A stretch of DNA of 64,000 nucleotides, taken from the NCBI GenBank assembly GCA_012729015.1, contig JAAYDY010000042.1:77608-141607 (forward strand), read 5' to 3'. Source of the stretch: Phycisphaerae bacterium (GTDB lineage Bacteria > Planctomycetota > Phycisphaerae > FEN-1346 > JAACEH01). How positions within the stretch are numbered: the first letter of the stretch is position 1; each line of letters opens with the position of its first letter. The position numbers and the translations under genes are program-made. Under the pieces are notes generated by a model. It was given only the letters and a program-made list of their open reading frames with translations, was not told where the DNA came from and ran no database searches. Positions 58,895 to 64,000 of the stretch are shown piece by piece.

Positions 58895-61448
58895 CGGTGG
58901 CCTGCTCGATCCGCTCGGCGTAGTCGCGGTGGCGTCGGGCGTCGTCCGGGCGATGCACTGCCTCCAGCACCGTGGCCAGTTGACGGTGCGTCAGCGGATC
59001 GTAGGGATTCACACGCAGGGCTTCGCGCAGCACCTCCACGGCATCCCCCAGTTTCCGCTCATGGACCAGCAGCAGGCTTCGGAACTGCCATGCCAGAACG
59101 CAGTCGGGATCGGCTTCGGTCGCCAGGCGGGTCTGCTCGAGGGCCCCGCCAAGATCCCCGCGTGCATTGAGCAGAATCGCCAGATTGACGCGGCACTCGG
59201 CAAACCCGGGGCTACGCTGGAGGGCCTTGCGATAGGCGGCCTCGGCCTTGCCGGTCTGGCGCAGAACGGCCAGCACCCGTCCGTACTCGAACAGCACGTC
59301 GGGATTGTCCGGGGCCAGCCTGGCGGCTGCCTCGGCACGGGGCAGCGCCTCGGCCACCCGACCTGCCCCGGCGAGCAGGGCCGCATGCACGCGATGGGTC
59401 TCGGCGGCATCGCCGCGTATCCAGAACGAGGCAACGGCGCACCCGCCCAGAGTCAGGACGAACCACCAGAGAGCGGCCCTGGCGACCGGCCGGCGGCCGG
59501 CGATCAGGTCGAGCCCCCAGACGATGCAGGCGACGATCGGAACGACAGCGGCCATGCCGTAGAAGGCTTTGGCCTGGCCGTAATACGGCAGTCGGAGCGT
59601 AATGTAGACCAGGGCCAGGAGCGTGACGGCCCCTGCCCCGAGCACGAGCATCCATGCCGCCGTCGGACGACGGACCACGCGCACCACTGCAGCCGCCAGA
59701 CCGACCACTCCCGCCACGACGAGCACCATCGCCGGCAGAGACAGCGCGGTCATGAGTTCCCAATTCCACGGAGGGCCGTACCGCACGGCCGTGTTGCCGC
59801 CGGCGAAGCCGTCGGCCCAGAACGTGGAGTAGATCGCGTCGGCGAAGCCCGACAGGCCGGCGAAGAGCGGCTGGACGAGCGAGCGACCGAAGCCCAGGTA
59901 GTAATCGGCCGTGTGGCATCCCGGGGCCTGCCACCAGGGGCGTCCGGCTTCGGCGTCCCAGTTGCCGACAATCGGGCGTCCGTAGCGTGCCCAGACACGG
60001 GCGAAATGCCATCCGCACACCAGCAGGCCGACGAGGCAAGTCAGGCCGACGGTGCGTGCCCAGACGGCAAGCCGGCGCTGGCGGCCGACGACGAGGCGCC
60101 CGATGAGAACAACGAGAATCACCGGCAGCACGATCAGGGCGGAGAACTTGGCGAGCATCGCGCCGCCAAGGCACGCGCCAAGGGCGGCATAGTGGCGCCA
60201 CGAGGCGTCCGGCGTGCGGACGATGCGCAGCGTGACATAGAGAGAAGCCGTGATCAGCGTCGCGGCGAGCCCCTCATTGGTGACGTACTGGTAGAGGTAC
60301 AGGTGCACCGGCAGTGTCGCGGCCAGGACGAGTCCAAGCAAGTGCCGTCGCGGATGCTCCGGGAAGAGTTGCCGCACGCAGCCAAACACGAGCAGCACCT
60401 GGGCGATGCCGAACGCCATGGTCAACATGCGGACGGCCTGCTGTGCCTGGTCCGTGCCGGCGGCCAGCGCCTTGAGTTTGAGCACAGCGGCGGCAAGGAG
60501 GTAGAAGAGCGGCGGCTGATAGGCCTGCCATCCGTCCTCGGCCAGGGGAAGGCGACCCTCCTCAAGCAGAATCCGCAGGTACTGGACGTGACCGTTGACA
60601 TCGAAGCCGACTTCCGCAGGGAGACCCTCGCGGTTGTGGAGGAACAGGACAGCCCAGACAGCCGCAATGGCCATCGCGAGCACGGCGATACGGCGCTCGG
60701 TGCCGACGAGAAACGCCTCGACCTCCATAGCGCCGCCCCATCGGTGCCGCACGGCCGCCGCCGCAGCGACGACCACGACCGCCATGACGCCGATGGCCGC
60801 GACGATGGGCCACTGCCGGCGAAGCGATTCGACCGCGGTGGGTCTGGGTGGTGCGGAAGGATCGCCCGTGGCGTCGGCCATGGCATGGCGCGGCACGGCA
60901 TCGGCCGGACGCGCAGGACGCCAGGCGGCGCCGGCGCAGGAGGCCTCCCAGCGGTCGTCGCTGCCCAGTGAACACCCCTGCCCTTGGAGTCGCAGCCAGA
61001 GAGCCGGCGGGCCGCGGTCACTGAAGACGGTGACGGTGATGTCGTTGTCGCCGGGCCGCAGATGGGCGGCCACACCGACGAAGCGGAGTTCGCGCCGCCA
61101 TGACGCGGGGCCGGACGGGCGATTCTCATCGGTATCGAGGCGTTGACCGTTCACGCGGACTTCCTGGAGCCCGCGGAAGGCCCGGATTTGCAGGTCGACC
61201 TCGCCGGGGACTGCGTCGAGCGTCACGCGGCGGCGAAAGACGGTGTCCATGCGGACGGCAGGCCGCGGCCGTAGGTCCACCGGCACCGGAGCGACAATCC
61301 ACTGAGCCCCGGAGTGCTCGGGAAGAAACGCAATCGCCTTGCTGTGCCTCGCGAGCCACCAGAATCCGGCGGCCGGGACGGTCACCGTCGTCAGGATCAG
61401 CACGAGGACGAGAGTCGATGGGGTCCGCATCGAGGCCATGGCTGGCAT
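58872..61448 (-). CDS. Polytopic membrane protein, GT39/ArnT-PMT-like glycosyltransferase N-terminal region with C-terminal TPR repeats
   Basis: About 860 aa. At least ten TM helices. The conserved AKFSALIVLP-type segment is typical of PMT/ArnT-fold (GT-C) enzymes. C-terminal TPRs (AAYRKALQRSPGFAECRVNLAILL..). The start is uncertain (three ATGs at 61448, 61439 and 61430). The ORF track extends to 61547. Confidence 0.55.
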   Translation of the reverse strand: MPAMASMRTPSTLVLVLILTTVTVPAAGFWWLARHSKAIAFLPEHSGAQWIVAPVPVDLRPRPAVRMDTVFRRRVTLDAVPGEVDLQIRAFRGLQEVRVNGQRLDTDENRPSGPASWRRELRFVGVAAHLRPGDNDITVTVFSDRGPPALWLRLQGQGCSLGSDDRWEASCAGAAWRPARPADAVPRHAMADATGDPSAPPRPTAVESLRRQWPIVAAIGVMAVVVVAAAAAVRHRWGGAMEVEAFLVGTERRIAVLAMAIAAVWAVLFLHNREGLPAEVGFDVNGHVQYLRILLEEGRLPLAEDGWQAYQPPLFYLLAAAVLKLKALAAGTDQAQQAVRMLTMAFGIAQVLLVFGCVRQLFPEHPRRHLLGLVLAATLPVHLYLYQYVTNEGLAATLITASLYVTLRIVRTPDASWRHYAALGACLGGAMLAKFSALIVLPVILVVLIGRLVVGRQRRLAVWARTVGLTCLVGLLVCGWHFARVWARYGRPIVGNWDAEAGRPWWQAPGCHTADYYLGFGRSLVQPLFAGLSGFADAIYSTFWADGFAGGNTAVRYGPPWNWELMTALSLPAMVLVVAGVVGLAAAVVRVVRRPTAAWMLVLGAGAVTLLALVYITLRLPYYGQAKAFYGMAAVVPIVACIVWGLDLIAGRRPVARAALWWFVLTLGGCAVASFWIRGDAAETHRVHAALLAGAGRVAEALPRAEAAARLAPDNPDVLFEYGRVLAVLRQTGKAEAAYRKALQRSPGFAECRVNLAILLNARGDLGGALEQTRLATEADPDCVLAWQFRSLLLVHERKLGDAVEVLREALRVNPYDPLTHRQLATVLEAVHRPDDARRHRDYAERIEQATATKARSP

Positions 61449-61558
61449 TATAGCCCGGCGGCGACGACGGTCGAGGTGAAACCCTCCCCCCGGACGGTCG
61501 CGGCGCTTGCCGCTGAAGGCGGTGCGCCCTATAATGGCCCGGCACACAGGGAGAAGCC

Positions 61559-63475
61559 ATGGGAGTCATCCGGAAACTCGATCCGCACCTGGTCAACCAG
61601 ATTGCCGCCGGCGAAGTGATCGAGCGGCCGGCCAGCGTGGTCAAGGAACTCATCGAGAATGCCCTGGACGCCGAGGCCTCGCGCCTGGAGATCGACGTCG
61701 AGGAGGGCGGCCGGAAACTGATCCGCGTGACCGACGACGGCGTGGGGATGGAGGCCGAGGACCTGGCCCTGGCGGTGGCGAGCCACGCCACGAGCAAGCT
61801 GCTGACGAGCGATGACCTGGACCACATCACGACGTTCGGTTTCCGCGGGGAGGCGTTGCCGTCGATCGGGTCGGTGAGCCAGATGACGGTGACGACGCGG
61901 CGGGCCGAGGCGGTCGAGGGTCACAGCGTCCGCGTCGAGGGCGGATGCATCGAACCGGTGCGCGTGGCCGGAGCGGCGCCCGGCACGAGCATTGAGGTGC
62001 GGAACCTGTTCTACAGTATTCCAGCGCGGCGGAAGTTTCTGAAGGCCGACGCCACGGAGTTGGGGCACATCGTGGACGTGGTGGCGCGGACGGCCCTGGC
62101 CTACCCGCAGGTGGCGATACGGCTGCGGCACAACGGGCGGCTCGTTCACGATCTGCCGCACGGCCAGAGCCTTCGCGACCGGGTGTCCACGTTCTACGGT
62201 CGCGACATGGCCGAGAGCCTGATTGAGATCAGGCACGACTCGGCGGGGTGCGGACTCTGGGGACTGATCGCTGCGCCGTCGCAGACGCGCACCTCGACGC
62301 GATGGCAGTTCCTCTACATCAACGGCCGCTACATCCGCGACCGCAGCCTGCTGCACGCCGTCCGCGAGGCGTACCGCGGCCTCGTCGAGATCAACCGCCA
62401 ACCGGTGGTGTTTCTGTTCCTCACGGTGCCGCACGATGCGGTGGACGTGAATGTTCACCCGACGAAAATCGAAGTGCGTCTGCGGCACGCGCAGCAGGTG
62501 TATCACGAGGTGCTGACCACGCTGCGAGAGAAACTGCTCGGAACCGATCTGACGCCGCACGTGGGCCAGAACCTGGCGTCGCCGGGCGGATACGCAGCAG
62601 ACGGCGAAGCGGGCGGCGGGGACCGTGAGCAGCGCATACGCCAGTCGCTGGCCGACTTCCTTCGCGCGCCGCCGGCAGGGTCGAATCAGAGTCGGTTCGC
62701 GTACTCGCCACCCTCGCGCGGCACGGGAGCGTCGCTCGGGTCGCCGTCGCCGGCGGGCGAGACTCTGCGGAGGCCCGCAGACACACAGTGGCCGGACCGG
62801 GAGCCGCCCGCCGGGCAGAGTGCCCCCGGGAGTGCGGCCGACCGCGACACCGCGGCCCCGGTGGCCAGGGCGTTCCAGTTGCACAACACGTACCTCGTGG
62901 CCGAGACCGAGGACGGCATGATCATCGTCGATCAGCACGCGCTGCACGAGCGCGTCCTGTACGAGGAACTGCGCGCCAGGCTGTCGGCCGGGCCGCTGGA
63001 GAGCCAGCGGCTCCTGATCCCGGCCGTGGTGGACGTGACCGAAACCGAGATGGCGTTTCTGAACCAACATCGCGAGGCGCTGGCGCGCCTGGGCGTCGAG
63101 TTCGAGGCATTCGGCAGCCGCTCCGTCGGGGTCCAGGCGTTTCCGTCGATGCTCGGCCAGCGTGCGCAGCCGGAGCGAGTCCTGCGCGACCTGCTGGACT
63201 GGATGGCCGAGAACCCCGTGCAGCCGGCGGTGGAGGATCTGCTGGACGAGTTGCTTCACCGGATGGCGTGCCGCGCGGCGGTCAAGGCCGGCGACGTGTT
63301 GTCACAGGACGAGATGCAGGCGCTGCTGTCCCACCGCGGGGGCGATCAGCCGTCCGCCACGTGCCCGCACGGGCGGCCGACGTCGCTGATGCTGACGCGC
63401 GACGAGATCGAGCGTTCGTTCAAGCGCAACTACCCCACGTCGCGTCCGACCGAGGACGAGACCATCCCCTTCTGA
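61559..63475 (+). CDS. mutL: DNA mismatch repair protein MutL
   Basis: LDPHLVNQIAAGEVIERPASVVKELIENALDA ... canonical GHKL N-terminus and C-terminal dimerisation domain. Confidence 0.9.
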   Translation: MGVIRKLDPHLVNQIAAGEVIERPASVVKELIENALDAEASRLEIDVEEGGRKLIRVTDDGVGMEAEDLALAVASHATSKLLTSDDLDHITTFGFRGEALPSIGSVSQMTVTTRRAEAVEGHSVRVEGGCIEPVRVAGAAPGTSIEVRNLFYSIPARRKFLKADATELGHIVDVVARTALAYPQVAIRLRHNGRLVHDLPHGQSLRDRVSTFYGRDMAESLIEIRHDSAGCGLWGLIAAPSQTRTSTRWQFLYINGRYIRDRSLLHAVREAYRGLVEINRQPVVFLFLTVPHDAVDVNVHPTKIEVRLRHAQQVYHEVLTTLREKLLGTDLTPHVGQNLASPGGYAADGEAGGGDREQRIRQSLADFLRAPPAGSNQSRFAYSPPSRGTGASLGSPSPAGETLRRPADTQWPDREPPAGQSAPGSAADRDTAAPVARAFQLHNTYLVAETEDGMIIVDQHALHERVLYEELRARLSAGPLESQRLLIPAVVDVTETEMAFLNQHREALARLGVEFEAFGSRSVGVQAFPSMLGQRAQPERVLRDLLDWMAENPVQPAVEDLLDELLHRMACRAAVKAGDVLSQDEMQALLSHRGGDQPSATCPHGRPTSLMLTRDEIERSFKRNYPTSRPTEDETIPF

Positions 63476-64000
63476 TCACCGATCGGCTGCGTGGCCATTG
63501 ACAGGAACGAGGATGTCGGCGGCCTTGGCGGCAGGCAACCCCAGGGCGGCACAGAACTCCTCGGCGATGCGGCGAGGCAGGCCGGGGGCCGCCAGGGCCT
63601 CGGGCGCAACGAAGACGAAGGCCTTCCACAGAGCACGATACTTGCGATTGAGCAGTTCGGCCTCGTCGCGGAACTCCGGGTGGCGAGCCAGCGGCACGAT
63701 GCGATTCAGTTCGAATCGCACCGGTGTGGAGATGGCCTTGGCCTGCATCTTGATCGGGGGACAGTAGACCAGCGCGCCGTGGCGGCCGAGGCCGGTCATG
63801 GCGGCCAGGCGTTCCTCGATAGCCGCGAGACGCTGCCGCCCGCCGGGCCGGCCACGGAGCAGGTCCACCACCCTCTCGGCGCCTCCGGCATCGCGTACGG
63901 CCGCTTCGGTCAGGACCACGACCGGCGTACAGAGTCGCCGGTGGTAGATCGCGCGGCCCAGGTCGCGTGCCTCGGCGGCCGAGAGCACCTCGGAAGCAGC
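63476..64000 (-). CDS. Hypothetical protein, may continue past the window end
   Basis: The ORF runs to the right edge. No recognised motif. The stop abuts the mutL stop tail-to-tail with zero spacer. Confidence 0.35.
   Translation of the reverse strand, partial: AASEVLSAAEARDLGRAIYHRRLCTPVVVLTEAAVRDAGGAERVVDLLRGRPGGRQRLAAIEERLAAMTGLGRHGALVYCPPIKMQAKAISTPVRFELNRIVPLARHPEFRDEAELLNRKYRALWKAFVFVAPEALAAPGLPRRIAEEFCAALGLPAAKAADILVPVNGHAADR

Overview
This is a high-GC (roughly 65-70% by eye) chromosomal segment with Planctomycetota-like coding style: dense genes, many GTG/TTG starts, and long spurious antisense ORFs.

The housekeeping genes read cleanly:
- secDF-yajC-tgt on the minus strand, with a queH paralog two genes upstream
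- ispF-cysS-ruvC-ruvA-ruvB fused to nucleotide-sugar genes (a UXS-like decarboxylase and galE)
- dusB, gltX, two tRNAs, rpsO-pnp, and mutL

The signalling genes are the second group:
- A complete chemotaxis operon cheA-cheW-cheR-cheD-cheY-cheX-cheB with no chemoreceptor gene
- A divergent HDOD-CheX-CheY-DUF342 operon
- A PAS hybrid sensor kinase and a LuxR-type regulator
- A sigma-54 type two-component pair (kinase plus NtrC-family regulator)

Four things look unusual:
- Two tandem paralogous giant genes (1300 and 1575 aa) encoding signal-peptide, repeat-rich, membrane-anchored proteins directly upstream of the PAS hybrid kinase. Their upstream region carries an ECF-sigma-like promoter, a 9-bp palindromic operator and a 45-bp hairpin-containing tandem repeat.
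- A family of about 100-bp MITE/REP-like intergenic elements with 20-bp terminal inverted repeats and two internal hairpins, present in 4 copies.
- A TPR protein carrying two RNA polymerase alpha C-terminal-domain-like modules.
- A CheA with an N-terminal extension of about 310 aa.

No CRISPR array, rRNA or obvious prophage genes were seen.
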